Source: the human T2T-CHM13v2.0 reference genome, Homo sapiens. From it: 64,000 bases of DNA. Where the stretch lies: assembly GCF_009914755.1 (NCBI RefSeq), contig NC_060925.1; one strand, written 5' to 3'. The notes below the pieces were generated by a model. That model was not told the DNA's origin. It saw only the letters and a list, made by a program, of their open reading frames with translations, and ran no database searches. A program made the translations under genes and the position numbers. Below, piece after piece: positions 1 to 14,391 of this stretch (within the stretch, counting starts at the first letter, position 1; every line of letters begins with the position of its first letter).

Positions 1-193
1 AAAAATCAAAAATCAAAAGATAATAAGCCGGGTGTGGTGGTGCATGCCTGTGCTACTCAGCCTCAGCTACTCAGGAGGCTGAGGTGGGAGTACCACCTAA
101 GCCCGCGAGGCAGAGGTTGTGATGAGCCAAGATCATACCACTGCACTCCAGCAGCCTGGGCTACAGAGAGACTGTCGCAAAAAAAAAAAAAAA
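1..193 (+). mobile_element. Alu right arm (AluJ-like), cut by the window edge
   Basis: agccgggtgtggtggtgcatgcctg...ccactgcactccagcagcctggg...gactgtcgc followed by a poly(A) tail; diverged. Confidence 0.9.
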
Positions 194-3100
194 GGGAAAA
201 CGAAAGTTCTCATAACCTCATGAGAGGAGATAGGTTTGCAACTTGAAGTTGGATGATAGCTGAAATTAGGCGCCTCATCTCCCATGGAAAGTGAGATACA
301 AAAGTTCTATATTCCTTTATTGCATTGCAATTCAATAGGAAGACTCTTAGGCCCCTGAGAAAAAGATTCCTGTGCTGTAAACTGACAAGAAGCTTATTTT
401 GCTTTTTAAAAAGTTCACTTAGATCTCAAAAGGTCAGAGAAAAAAAATAAAAACGTATCTAAAAGAAATATTTTAAAGAAAAGGAGGTAGGGGAAAGTCG
501 CTCCTTCTAGAGCCAAGGACATTAATTAATTTTTTTTTTTAGATTTTTATTTACCCTTTTAGTGTCTTTGGGTAATTATATACATCCAACCCTGTATACT
601 CATACACATTTGCCCATGAACAAAGAAAATAATTAAATAATTATTGATATTCACAAGTTTTATCTTTGTTCTGCAGGAAAAAAGGTTATTTGGTTAGTGG
701 TGAAAATTAATAAAGATGGCTTGTTATACTAGGTATAATAATTAAAGAGAAACACTAATACATACATTGTTTATAGGGTAATAGGTGTAAAATTATATTT
801 GAAAGTATTATAGTTCCTTCAAACAGTAAATTTAATATGAAATATACATTGTTTCATATATGTTAAAGCTATAATTAAAATTTTCTAATTACCTATTTGA
901 ATACTCTTATGTTTGTGTATGTCTAAACGCATACATATGAAAGTATAATAACAAATAATTTTATGTTGATATATGCATAAAGTAGGAAAGGAGTGAAATT
1001 AAAATTTTTCTCTATTTTGATTTTAAAATTATTTTAAATTTAAGTAATTTATAAAATTATTTTATTCCCAGATTAGGAGCGGTTCCTTTTGACATAGAAT
1101 TCTTCTGTTAACTCTCCACGTTTTTTGGCGTGCTATCAAATAACTTTGAAAAGATTGCTTACTTTTGGAAAAAAAATTCTGATAATCATTGCTGCGTATT
1201 ACTATGTGCTTTTGCAATGTTGCGTATAGTTATATCTTATTTTAAATATTACTGTATTGTATTGTATTGTATATGCTTTTTCATTAGTAATTGCAACTTT
1301 AGCCTGGTTCACTCCTCTCACCTTCTAGCCGACATTTATTAAGGTGCTTATTCACAGATTTACCCTGGCTTTTTCACAGTTGCAAGCCAGAGTAGAAGAC
1401 TACTTCCTCCACAAAGCCACTTTACACAAGTCTAAATGCTTTAAGTTTTGTCTAACGCCCTCTGACTACAAAGCCTCACAGTTCCTCATGGTGCATGTTC
1501 TTCTCCATTGAAACAAATAGTAAATCCAATTTTCATCATCTATGGGTGTATTCCTGGTAGTCTTTGGCTAGATGACTTTGACAGAAATCAGAAGAAAATG
1601 GAAGACTATCGAGAAAGTGTGGACATCAAAGAAATGATCATTGAAGTTATACAGTCAAGGAAGATATCCTGCAAAACCAAGGCAAAATCAAATGTTTTCA
1701 GAAAAAATACACCAGTTCTCTTGGTGTATTCCAAGAGAATACACCGCTATCTGACTCCACTAAAGAAATTATTAAAAGGATCCAGTAAAGAGAGTAATCA
1801 CATGATGCTAAGATAAAGAGTAACATTCAAAGTATTTAATAAAGTTCCCAGTTTAAATCAATAATAATTATATTATTGTTAAATTAATGTTATATTATTA
1901 ATGATAAAATTATTGGTTTTAAAATTATTGTAATCTCCAAGGCATTTTCACACTTTGATTAGAAATGTAGTAATTGAATATGACATTCTTTGAAAAGATT
2001 ATATAATTTATGAGAAGTACAGGCAATAGAGTTTACAGTTAAGGAAATGAATTTTTTGCAGGCAGCATTTATGGTAAATGTTTACACTTCTACACTATTC
2101 TGAGCTATCTAAAGATTCCTTCCTACTAAAGCTACAACTTATATTGCATTATTTTAAGACCTTTTTGGCCTTATTATGCATTTTCTTGCTTAGATTTAAT
2201 TTAACTTAGATTTCTACTTTGTGCACAATAGCTACTTAGTTCCAGGCATTCTTTACAGCTATGTAATTTGGACCAATTTATTTGGCTTCCTTAAATTAAG
2301 ATTTGAGATAATAATACTTTCCTCAGAACACAACAAAGATTTAATGAAAAATTTGCACAAATAATTTACAACAGTGTCTGAAACACAATTGGTGTGTTGT
2401 GAGTATGAGTTCTTTTACTTCCCTTTCCCGTGACTTGACTCCCTATTTCTACATATCACATGGAAAAACTTCTTTATGTAGTGGTCCATAGAGTATATAA
2501 CTGTATCCCAAAATTCTAGCTTGTATAGCTGCTAAGGAAGAGGTTCAAAACTTCAGTTTTTATACATGGGTCTGAAATTTAAGAAATAATAACTCAGGGT
2601 TGCATGATTTCATATAAGGCATTTTTTCTTAGACTCTGGTGGCAGTTTATACCACCAGTAAAAACAAAACATTTGCACTATACTCAGGGACAGAGTGGCA
2701 TTGTTAAAATAAGAAGCCCCAGGATGGTCCTTTCTTCATTATTTTTCTACTTGTCTAGAAATGCAAAAGTTTTGCAAACCAGAAACCTGGGGATTTGTAC
2801 CTCCATGCACAAATCAACATTCTTAGGATGGTGATTCCTTTTTTCCTACTCCTCACTGCAAACCCACCCTACATCTGCCACATTGCTATCTTTTCTCTTT
2901 CTAGCAGAAGAGGGTAGCTTTCAGCAATCAACTGAAAAGAGACATGAATGGCAGAGAACAGAATGGAATGTATTCTTGAGCTTCAGGATTTTAGAAAAGT
3001 TTGTTGTTAAGACCTCATAAAATAATTGTCAAGGATTGTTTTCTATCTGCTCAGAAAGAGAAACAGAAAATGAGCCAGGATAAGAAACTGTCATTCCTCA

Positions 3101-3409
3101 GTCCGTTAGAGATATTCTACCAGAAAGCCACTTAGCACAGGAATTAGGCTAATAATTATACAACAATTCAACCCTTTTGATAGACCTTACGTGGTCACAA
3201 CTTCAATATTCAGAAAGAATAACAAGTGTATTAACAATAGGATACATTTTTAGAAAAGCTTGAATTTTGATACATCTCCATACATTGAATATCAATAGAA
3301 AGAAAAAAATGAACTATCAAAAATACTGCAGAACAGGAAGACAGCATCAGCCTAATTATATGAGGGAAGCATAAAATGTCAGCAAGTTATTTAGCTATGT
3401 GAATGTAAA

Positions 3410-3560
3410 TTGTCACATTCATTGCTTCATTTAAAGCTGAAAATCACCCCACAGACTAGGTGCTTTTATTATCCCAGTTTTACATATTAAGTACAATGAT
3501 TAAATAACTTACCCAGAATTTCACGGGAAGTATGCATAGGGTCTAGTATTAAAATCCAGA
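3410..3560 (-). mobile_element. MIR fragment
   Basis: tttattatcccagttttacatat...ttaaataacttacccagaatttcac resembles the reverse-strand MIR core. Confidence 0.6.
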
Positions 3561-4617
3561 GAACATAAATTCGAAGTTAGTCCCGCATATAGTTAGATTT
3601 TGAAGAATTTTTACCATTATTTGCCTCAACATTTTTTACTGGAAGCTATTGCATTCTTATAATTACATTCACAGAGAACTGTGTGAAAGAAATCAGCAAA
3701 AGAACTGCTAACCTTGGCTAATTTACCATATATTTATTAGGCAGCTGTTATATGCCAGTACAGCAAATCCTCATCCCTGTATGAGAGATGTATCTTCATA
3801 GTTAGAGTAATAGGTAATTGCTATCAACAAAATTACTACATTCTAGTAGTATATGTTAAGAGTTATACCTAATATTAGATCATTAGCACCTTAAGAGCTT
3901 CATGTCACGGTCAGTATAGTTTAAGTAGGAGAGAATAGAGTGAATGTCTAGAATGGGCCCAAATTTTGTCAAGACTAGATCTTCCATCAGTAGAGATGCC
4001 TTATTTAAGAATACATTATTGTGCATAAAAAATTAAGTTCTAAAGCGTGTATTTGTTTCCAATTAGAACAAAAACTCACAATAAATTTTAAATTTGGCAA
4101 ATATTTAAATTATTACCACAAGCAAAAACAACTTTAATCTTTCATCTTCTTGAAATACATATTTAATATATATCCTTCATTTTTTTGCTAATTATTGTTT
4201 GATTGTCTTTCCTATAAAAATGCTTTTGTAAGACAATTTCTATACAGACAATATTGTCAGTCTTCTATATGTCCATTATATATTTTTATTAGTCACATGA
4301 ATAATAATTTGTTGACTTTCACAAATAGTTTTTGTTGATGTCATGTAAGTTTTCAATATTATTGCTAAAATTAGAAAAATTTATATCAACTTATTTTTGC
4401 TTTTTAATTTTCAGCTGTTACAGATAAAGTCAGTGTATTTTCTCTAAAAGTTCTGTGCCTTAAACACACAGGAATTCTGATAAAGTTTTTTTTTTTAATT
4501 TCCTAGCAAAAAAGAACAAAATATATACTATTTATATTTATAATTATATACACTGCATAATTTAGATTTTTCTGTTTTGGTTTCAATTCTGGCTAAACAT
4601 TGATTAGAAGTGAATAT

Positions 4618-4916
4618 GGCCAGGTGCTGTGGCTCACACCTGTAATACCAACACTTTGGGAGGCCGAGGCAGGTTGATCACAAGGTCAGGAATTCGAGAC
4701 CAGCCTGGCCAACATGGTGAAACCTCGTCTCTACTAAAAATACAAAAATTAGCTGGACATGGTGGTATGCACCTGTAGTCCCAGCTATTCAGGAGGCTGA
4801 GACAGGAGAATCGTTTGAACCCAGGAGGCGGAGGCTGTGGTTAGCCGAGATTGCACCACTGCGCTCCAGCCTGGGGAACAGAGCCAGACTCCGTCTCAAA
4901 CAAACAAACAAAAAAA
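4618..4916 (+). mobile_element. Full-length Alu, AluS (Sg-like)
   Basis: ggccaggtgctgtggctcacacctgtaat...gatcacaaggtcagga...actaaaaatacaaaaattagc...ccgtctc plus (AAAC)n tail. Confidence 0.95.
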
Positions 4917-5024
4917 GACTGAAGATTGGGAGAATTTTCCACATACCGCTTTCTCATAACAAAACACTTTGTATCAAGTTTTTTCTCTATCATTTCCGTA
5001 TTTCCAGTGCTAAGTACCATACGG

Positions 5025-5071
5025 CATATATATATGTGTGTACCATATGGTACCATATATAAATACCATAT

Positions 5072-5116
<45 letters not shown>
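5025..5116. repeat. (TA)n microsatellite with ccatatgg interruptions
   Basis: About 20 uninterrupted AT units at ~5075-5116; source of the YIYIYI ORFs. Confidence 0.95.
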
Positions 5117-5118
<2 letters not shown>

Positions 5119-5362
5119 CCCATATTTCCAGTGCTAAGTACCATACAGCACATGTATACTGTGCTACAACCTTTGATGCTACACACAAATAAAATAACAC
5201 CAAATGAAACAACACACTAGGTGTTATGAGGTATTATGAGAGAGATTTAAGCCCAGGAGGTTTAGCAATAATTTGTTTTCATAGAAAGACTACAAAATAT
5301 ATTAAAACATAGTAAATACATATGTACATTTATGGATAAATATACAGAGGTATATGTATAAA

Positions 5363-5394
5363 GTGTGTGTGTGTGTGAGAGTGTGTGTGTGTGT
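5363..5394. repeat. (TG)n microsatellite
   Basis: gtgtgtgtgtgtgtgagagtgtgtgtgtgtgt. Confidence 0.9.
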
Positions 5395-5611
5395 AGAGAG
5401 ATAGACATCCTGACATTCAAATTTACCTGAACTGACTCCAAACTTTCCTAAGGACATTTCTATAAAGAGCACCATAGAGGTGAAGGTGATTTAGAAAATA
5501 AAGAAGTTTTAATCAATTTTAGTAAAAATATATTATTTTTATAGATTGTACAAAAACCTGTAAGCATATGAACATTTTGCTAAGGCCCCTCCAGTAGGAT
5601 GAGCTCTGTGT

Positions 5612-6264
5612 GAGTGTGCAAAATTAGGAAACAGTCCCCACAAGACCACCTTCACTTCTGACAAGTGAAGTTTGTTGGTCCCAAAGGCTACCATCACTTC
5701 TGAATCCAATAAGAAGTGTATGGGTCTTCAAGAAAACCCTTAGTTTCAGTAATTCAGTAGAAAGACTCACAAAACTCACTGAAAGCTGTTATACTCACAG
5801 TTATAGTTTTTTACAATGAGAGTACACACACTAAAATCTGTGAAGGGAAGAAACAGCTGGGGCAGAGTTCAGGAAAGCTCTATATTTGGAGCTTCCAGTT
5901 GTTCTCTCCCTGTGGAGTGGTACACAGCAGTAACTTTCCTGGCAACAACATGTGACAATGTTCAGGCCAACCAGTGGAGGTTACCTGAGGCTTGGTTCCA
6001 GATTCATTAGTGGAGCTCTGTCATATAGAAGTGCCTGACTCTCCACATGGCTGTCCCAAGTCTCCAGCTCTTCCCCAGATTGATTTAATCCCAGGTGACC
6101 CAAAGAATCACAAGTCACATTGTTAGACTCTCTGTCTTGGCCGAAGACTCTCAGTTTAAAGATACTTTTAACAGGCAGATATTACAAAGGCTTAGAGATT
6201 GCCTCCCAGGAGCCAAGGACAAAGACTAGACCTCTCTTTGGGCAAAGTTAAATTCCTTATTACA
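5612..6264 (-). mobile_element. Solo LTR, MER21 family (MER21B/C-like)
   Basis: Reverse complement begins tgtaataaggaatttaactttgcccaaagagaggtctag; contains the repeated caagaccacc/cacttctga units and actcactgaaagctgttatactcac typical of MER21. Confidence 0.8.
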
Positions 6265-6973
6265 TAAAGTGATAGAATCTGAAGCTGAAGTTCTATTGGT
6301 TTCACATTAAATCTGCTACTGCTGGGAACATTCTAAGTGATTAATAATATCTATTGAATAAATGGATCTTTTCTGTGCTTGCCTATACCTTTTAATCCTT
6401 AGAAAATCTAGGTTGAAAATAAAAACCTACATTATCTGTGATATAGAATAGCATAACTCTTTATACAAAATAAGTGAATTGAAGATACAGTGGGATATCT
6501 TAGTCATTAAAAAAGCTTCACGTAAATCCATGAATATTCTGGCACCCATGTATAAAAACAGCATTAAGTGAATCATAGTCAATGTTCATTTTACTGTATC
6601 AAATTTATTATTTATGAATGGTACCAAAGTAGGTGGTCAAATATTCATAATTATAATTCAATTGTAAATTCTCTCATATATAGTATTTCAATTATTTTTT
6701 ACAAAATAGTTTATGAAAACAAATTTTAAGTGGTTTTGGTGCATTAAATAAATTTTTGATTACAATGAATGTTGCACACTGTCGAGAATAGTTCTGATGT
6801 TTAATAAGTATTAATAGCAAGAACCTAAAAATGATGAATGAAAGTCACATAATAAATGACTCTGAACTGAAGGGTCCAATAGAGTAAATGATCTAGATAT
6901 AGTCAACCAGATAAGACAAAATAAATTGTATCTGTAGCAGTTTTTAATTGAAAGCTATGGAGAATAAAATTGA

Positions 6974-7284
<311 letters not shown>

Positions 7285-9239
7285 CATCTTATGTAGAAAT
7301 ATGATTTATTGAAAGAACATGAATTTCTATGAAGTCTGGAGATCTTTGTTTGGAAAATGGGTAGTGACATATGGAGGCTACTCATCCACAGTCATTGCCA
7401 AATCCTATATGTAGTATCAACATGCCATTAGAGAAAATGTCTATATGGAAGGAATATCCCATAATGAGTAAATAAGTGATTTAATCTAATTAAAAGGGAC
7501 ACTTACTATACCATAAAACTCCTCAACGTCCATATAATAACCATTGTAGAGTTTATGAACTCAAAGTTGATGACTTCAGGAAAATTTCCTACATTGTGGT
7601 GCTATTACACAGAACAGCATAGGTGAAATGATAGGACTGTTGTAGAACTGATGCATAGTCTCCATTTCATCTACCTTGGTCAAAATGTTCATGAATCTAT
7701 TGTTTATTATGGAGACAGCTGGAGACGGCAATCTTCTTCTCCAACAGATAATTGAAAGAGTCCCCTACATTCAGCAACATTTACTGAGCATTTACAAAGT
7801 ATATTGAAATACTCATATTTTAAACGTTTAATCTCTGTGAATTTTTTCTCTACTTCTCTAAAAATTCTGGACATTAATCCACTAATCTTGCTTATTCCAA
7901 AAACCTTAAACATAAAAATAATCTATTTGACAATGACTCTAAATTTATGTTGAATTTATTTCAGAGCATTTTTCCTTCAATAAGAAATGGGCAATGAATT
8001 ATGGCACCTAATTTTCTCCACTGAAAGGATTTCCCTCTCCACTGTCTTTCAGATATATCCAGGAGTAGATCTAGCTTACTTTAGGAAAACAGTCAATTTC
8101 CAGTTGTTGATAATTTATGCAGAGTAACCCTACTCCAATTAACTGTCATTAGGAACACCACAAACAATAGGAGTTGAGGAGGTATTCTCAACTGCCCCTA
8201 CAACCTGCCAGTAGGGCATGGCTTTGTTCTACAAGACCATAAGCCACTTCTATGTTTCTACATTTAGGCATGACATAGTTTCAGTAAAACCTCCAAGTAT
8301 ATCTTAGTAAATGTCAAAAACCTTGTGTATACAAGTCATAAAATCCAAAGGATAGAAATTTTAGTCTGGACTCCTCTTGGATTTATCTCCTCTTTTGTGC
8401 CACAAAGTTGCTGTTTATTGAATTATATAACAAATGGATCAAAACAGCATGAAATTATCTGATATGGGTATGTATCATATTCGGAGAGCCATGAAGTTAC
8501 CTGCCTTAACCTTGTATTAGAGGTTGCAAGGTAGAGCAACATGCCTCTCCATAATCTTCTCTAAGGTTATAGGTTCTGACATTTTGGCTTTATCTCACAT
8601 ATCTTAATATTCATGTACCTGTAAAGAAACATATTAATCATCTATTAATTCCTGCCATCCACATCTTCGCAGAATGATGTTATCAAAACAGTGACCTGTA
8701 ATGTACTTTGGAATGGTGGAATCACTAAGTTTTATTGCATTTAAATTGTATCACAGGGTAATAGAATGAATGTAATCTTTTGACAAGACTTTCATGAAAA
8801 TTGTGATCTCTGAAAGGCAGAAGAAAACTCAATGTAACTTTGTGCTATGGGATAAAAGAAGTTGATGTGGAGGTGGGGGGCTGAATGGAGTAGACACACT
8901 TTCGATTCAATCGGTGTGTGCCAGATACACTTTTCTTTACAATGATTCAATCGGAAATGTGCTAAGATCGCAATCCCTGAATGTCTCAAGTTATCTAAAC
9001 AAAAGGAAAAAAGAGTAGATGTGCACCAAGTAAGTATGAGTGACAAAATTACAATCAGGTGTAAGTTTTAATGAATATATTTAGTTTGTTAAATATAAAA
9101 CATATTTAAAACCATAAGACAGCTTAGTTTTATGGAAACAAAATTTACTTAAAAAATTATTGTGGACAAAATGACATTTGAAAAAAATGATACTATACCT
9201 TATAAAGACAAAGTAATTTAAAAGGCATAGGAGAAATAA

Positions 9240-11260
9240 ACGAAGCTTTATTAAATCTGAGCAAAACTGTACTGGAAGACAGAATTGAGGAAATAAGTCA
9301 AAATGAAGTATAGGGAAAATAGAGACGAATAATATAAAACACATATTAAGAGGCATAAAAAAGATTGAGAAAGGGAAATGGAAAAAATAGAAGATATTTC
9401 AGACAAAAATTACCTGAGACTCCTATAACTGATTGACTTCATGAACTCACAACACAAATTATACAAGGAAATAAAAATGAAGCCATTCATGCTAATACCT
9501 TATGAAACTGGAGAAAATAAAAGAATACAAGGATGCCTTAAACCAATATACAGAAAAAGAAAAACACTTTTAAGAATGGCAATTAATGTGTGAGCAGATA
9601 TCTCAAAAATGAAAAAGAAGTCAATACAATGAAAATTTTTTTTCATATATTGAGAAAAGTTTTATTTTAAATAACATAACCATTTTCAATAGCTTTCCAC
9701 AAATGATTAAAAATTTAATTACAGACAGAAGCACATGAAACAATATTAATGTCAGGCTAAATATTATTAAGTAATGAACAGCATATATAAAAAGCAAATA
9801 AGTAATATATACATTGTATGTAATAATTTATGTATAATAATGAAATCATTGATTCAGAGAATACTCTGAGATGTAATCATGTATCATATAAACACAAAGA
9901 GCAATATTATATTAGTAATAAAATAATAAATTATCATTAAAAAGAGCAAGAACATAGAAGAAATAAATATTATTTTGTAACAGAAAGCAAAATCTACACC
10001 AAGGAATTAATATAAATTACTTTCATCAGTTATATATTTATCACTATTTTTCCTGTATTAATCCAGAAGAAATACCTAAACAAATACTAAAAACATCATC
10101 TAAATTCTAAATAGTAGTATAATTAGAAGCAAATAATGAGAAATCCAGAAAATATTTCTATATTTGAAAGGAAAACATGCATAACTTATGGATTTGAACA
10201 CAAATACAGATATTTCTGAACGCATCAAATTGAAAAGTGGGAAAAATTTAGAATTTAATGAAAACAAAACATCACATATGAAATATAGTTTAAAGAATTA
10301 TTTAGAAAGAAATTCATCATCTTAAAAGGATAGAGTAAAAGAAGACTGAAAAATTAATGATCTAAACATCTTAATTTATAAAATTAGAAAAAGAAAAATG
10401 GTACAAACCTAAAGAACTTGATGAACACATATAATATATATGATAATATTTATTGATATAGAGAAAATCAGGAAAACATAAAGAAGATTAAGAAAGCTAG
10501 AATTTTTCTTGGAAAATATTATTAAAACAGCATTTTTTTCTCAAGCATGCTATACACATTAGAATCATGTGGGTAGCTTTTCAAAACATCTTATGTCAAG
10601 GTCATATTCCACAGCAATCAAATCAGAATCTCTGAAAGATAAACCCAGCCCTCAGAATTCTTTGCATCTTCCCAAGTGATTCCAATAAGCAGTCAAATTT
10701 GAAAAACGTGGAAATGGACACAATTCTAGTTTGGTATTAAAAGAAAAAGAGAAATGACAATGAGAGAGAGAGATGATGGAATGATGGAATGTAAAGAAAG
10801 AAAAAGCAGTGTTCCAGAGATATGGCACTAAGGTATTATTTAAAATTATAAGCTGCCTTTTGAATAAGGTGATAGAATCTCTGAATTTATTAATTAGTAT
10901 AAATAATGATAAAACAATTTAAATATTCATGTACCAAAACCTGGATGATTCTTAAGTTGTCTTCTACAATGTCTTCAAAAAATAGGAAACCCACAGAAAA
11001 AAAGAAGGGAGGGGGGCAGAATAAAAGTGAGAGGCGGGGAAAAGAAATGTCTACAACCTATTTTGTTTTCAGATATAGATGTTAATAAGAACATCAGTTA
11101 AGGATAGCACAAGAAAGAAAAATAAATTACATTTATTTAACTTAACATTAATTGAATAGCACAAAATAAAATATCAGCAAACCAAATAATAATTATGACT
11201 TTTTTCAAAAGGCAAAAGAGGATCAAGGTAAAATTTATTAATATGGTACAACATATGGCA
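9240..11260 (+). mobile_element. Highly degraded old L1 (L1M class), ORF1/ORF2 remnants
   Basis: Strong A-rich strand bias; remnants such as gagcagatatctcaaaaatg and aaaattaatgatctaaacatc...aaattagaaaaagaa. Confidence 0.6.
10528..10710. mobile_element. MER5-family hAT-Charlie DNA transposon fossil nested in L1
   Basis: cacattagaatca...aaatcagaatctctg...cccaagtgattc...aaatttgaaaaac, ~180 bp. Confidence 0.75.
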
Positions 11261-13639
11261 GGAATTGAAAGCTATTATCTAGTATCCATCTGCCAGTTCT
11301 TCCATGTGACTAAACACAACCTACTAAACTATTTGACCTACACTTGTCACTAAATGCGGCCACGTGAATTATTAATAATACTAGAATTTGTCTTCAGTAG
11401 GTTTAGTGGGAGTTTAGAATTTATATATTTCATTAACTGCAAGTAGAATATTAAATACATTTCCTGTGTTACCCAGAAATCTGGTTGTTCAGTAGGGCAT
11501 TCATTAATAGTTGGTTTATGTAAAGAAAGAAATACAGTCTTTTAAAATACTTAGATTTATTAAAATATTTAAAACTGATTTCTCTAATTCAAAGAAAAAA
11601 ATTTATTCAGTGTTTAAATGAACAAAGCAATTCGCTAGCCCCTAAACAAGGCACAAAGATGAGTGAAAATACTCCATTCCTCAGGACATGATACAACCTA
11701 CAGGAGGCAGAAAATGCATGTGTATCCCTTATTGGAAAAAGGAGTAAAAACTGTTATCAGAGAAGTGAAAGTGCTCTTGGAGCTTAGTAGTAATAGGTAA
11801 TACTCTTTGTATGGAGAGACCTCTTCATGGAGAAGGTGGCTTTAATATGGTCCTTTAAATATAACACTTAAAAGTCTGATTCATGCAAAAATGTCATGGA
11901 AACAGCTAATCTGTAACATGTTTGTCTAAAACATTATTTTGTTTTGCACATGAACACATTTATTTAGTGAACTTCATGTGCTGGCAATACTTTTTCCATG
12001 ACCCTTTTACTCACTACAGAATAACTTTAAATCTTACTAAAAAGTTATTAATAATAAGTAAGTTATTTATTAGAGATGGTATATCTACAATCATCAGTTA
12101 ATCATGGAAAATAAACTTACATATGCTCAGATGGTTTTATAAGTCAGAAAGGTGAATTATAGGCATTTAGGTAATTTTTAAGGTAGATACATAGCTGTAT
12201 TTTTAAATTAATCTGATATTTTAATAATAGATGGGTTTGATTTCATTATGTCTAAAGATTTCTCTTTATATATAAAAGGTGGTGCATTTAAAGAGGGTGA
12301 TGGATTTAACATATTCTCCACAGTGTACTTTACACATGCTAAAGATATACTACATGTTTCAGGACCTATTCTAGAACATCTTTGAAGAGACAATTTGAAA
12401 TATTGCTTTTATTAATATTCTGTGAGATTTTGAGAGCTTATACAGACACTTAAAAATTGGAGTTGGTTACCCTCAAGGAAGAGCAGATGTTTTGACATAC
12501 GTTGAGATGAGTACTCTGAACTAGAAATTCAAATCTCCTTCTGGAAAACTTTTTGTGCTAACATATGGTAGACAATGAATCTTAAAAACCATTGGCTATG
12601 GACTTGACAGAAAAATGGGATTAGTTAAGATTTATTTACAGAGATTAACCAAATTGAGCATAGAAACGAATGGAATTGGCTATATTCCTCTGATTTTCAA
12701 ATGATTGGCAAAAATTCCTTCAATCTTTCCAAAAAAATTGTTTAAACTCACTGAATTTTACATGCAATATCTGCCTTTGTTAAATCATGTAGAACACTTT
12801 TCTTGCCTACAACAACATTAGCAGTTCTAAGAAGAATATAAATTTGTAGTTCCCAAATTGCGGGAAAAAATGCTCAAATTTGAATAATTTTACTCACTTT
12901 TCTTCATTATCATAAAAAATGATGGATTCACAACATAACAATATCCACATTTAAATGGCATCAAACAAAATCATATCCTTTCTATATTGCTGATGATAAT
13001 TACATATGAAAATATCTCTCCATTTTTGTAGATTTACATTTATGTAATTTAAAGGTTTAAAATAAGAAGTGCATATTTGTCAGCTATTATTTTAACAAGC
13101 TAAAATTTATATAGAACAAGTGTGCATTTAACAAGATGTAAAGCATGGTTTTTATTTTCTTTCCTGGAGATATGTCATGGGTATATGACAAAAATAGAAA
13201 CTGTAATCATGCTTCCCTCTGTTTAAATGACACTTTATTGTCCTTTCTTTCTTTTTTCTGTTTTTTTAAAAACTATTTTACACTAAATATTTTTTGGAAA
13301 GCATTAGAAACACAGGATTTGTTTTCAGCACCCTCTACAGGAATACTTCAAATTTAACTAATAATGATTTCAACAATGGTTGATAGATAATAGATTCCCC
13401 CTACATTTAAGAAGAGAAATTACAGGTAAAACATTGGTAATCAGTACTCTTTGGCTGATGTACTTAAATGAGAAAGTGTACCTAATAGTAGAAGCTATTT
13501 TAGTATGAATCATAATGGAGTTAAATTATCCAAATATCTCCATGGTCCCAGAATTAATATTTTGTTGGTACACTTAACACTTTAATTCTATTTTTCTCTA
13601 CAAAGCTTTGAAAATGTCACTCTTGTTTGGAATTAAGTA

Positions 13640-14391
13640 TTTTTTTAACTTTTAAGTTTGGAGGTACATGTGCAGTTTTGTTACACAGGTAAATACATGT
13701 CATTCCTGGGAGTCATTGCACACATTATTTCATCACCCATGTATTAAGCCTAGTATTCATTAGGTATTTTCCCTGATCCTCTCCCTCCTGTCACCTTCCA
13801 CCCTCTGACAGGCCCTAGTGTGTGTTGTTCCCCTCTATATGTCCATGGGTTCTCATCATTTACCTGTCACTTCTAAGTGAGAATATGCAGTATTTGGTTT
13901 TCTGTTCAAGTGTTAGTTTGCTAAGACTAACAGCCTTCTGACCATCAGAGAAACTCAAATCAAACCACAGTGAGACACCATCTTACACCAGTGAGTGGGG
14001 TTATTACTAAAAACCCAAGAAAATAACAGATACAAAGGTTATGGATAAAAAGGAATGCTTATACACTGTTAGTGGGAGTGTAAATTAGTTGGGCCATTGT
14101 AGAAGACATTGTGGCGATTCCTCAAAGACTTAAAGACAGAAATACCATTTGAACCAGCAATCCCATTACTGGGTATATACCCAAAGGAATATAAGTTTTG
14201 TTTTGTTGTAAAGACACGTGCACGTGTATGTTCAATGCAGGACTGTTCAATGTAGGAAAGATAGGGAATCAACCTAAATGCCCATCAATGATAGACTGGA
14301 TAAGTAAAATATGGTACATATACACAATGGAATACTATGTGGCCATAAGATTAACAAGATCATGTCATCTGCAGGGACATGGATGGAGCTT
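13640..14391 (-). mobile_element. 5'-inverted, truncated L1PA (roughly PA13-16): 3' UTR on minus (13640-13938), ORF2 end inverted on plus (13939-14391)
   Basis: Minus part ends at ttagtttgctaagactaacagccttc; plus part ends at ggacatggatggagct, adjacent positions in L1 consensus; degenerate TSD gaattaagta / gaactaagca. Confidence 0.88.

Noticed and set aside
655-690. Splice-acceptor-like polypyrimidine-AG (similar sites near 2900, 4414, 23305, 58937)
   Set aside because: Common in AT-rich DNA; no paired donor or coherent reading frame found. A non-coding exon cannot be excluded without RNA data.
1508-1816. 102-aa ORF in apparently non-repeat DNA
   Set aside because: Starts at TTG, no recognisable domain, no splice or promoter context; length is compatible with chance.
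4841-5220. Three overlapping ORFs with YI repeats
   Set aside because: Translation of the (TA)n tract and an Alu end.
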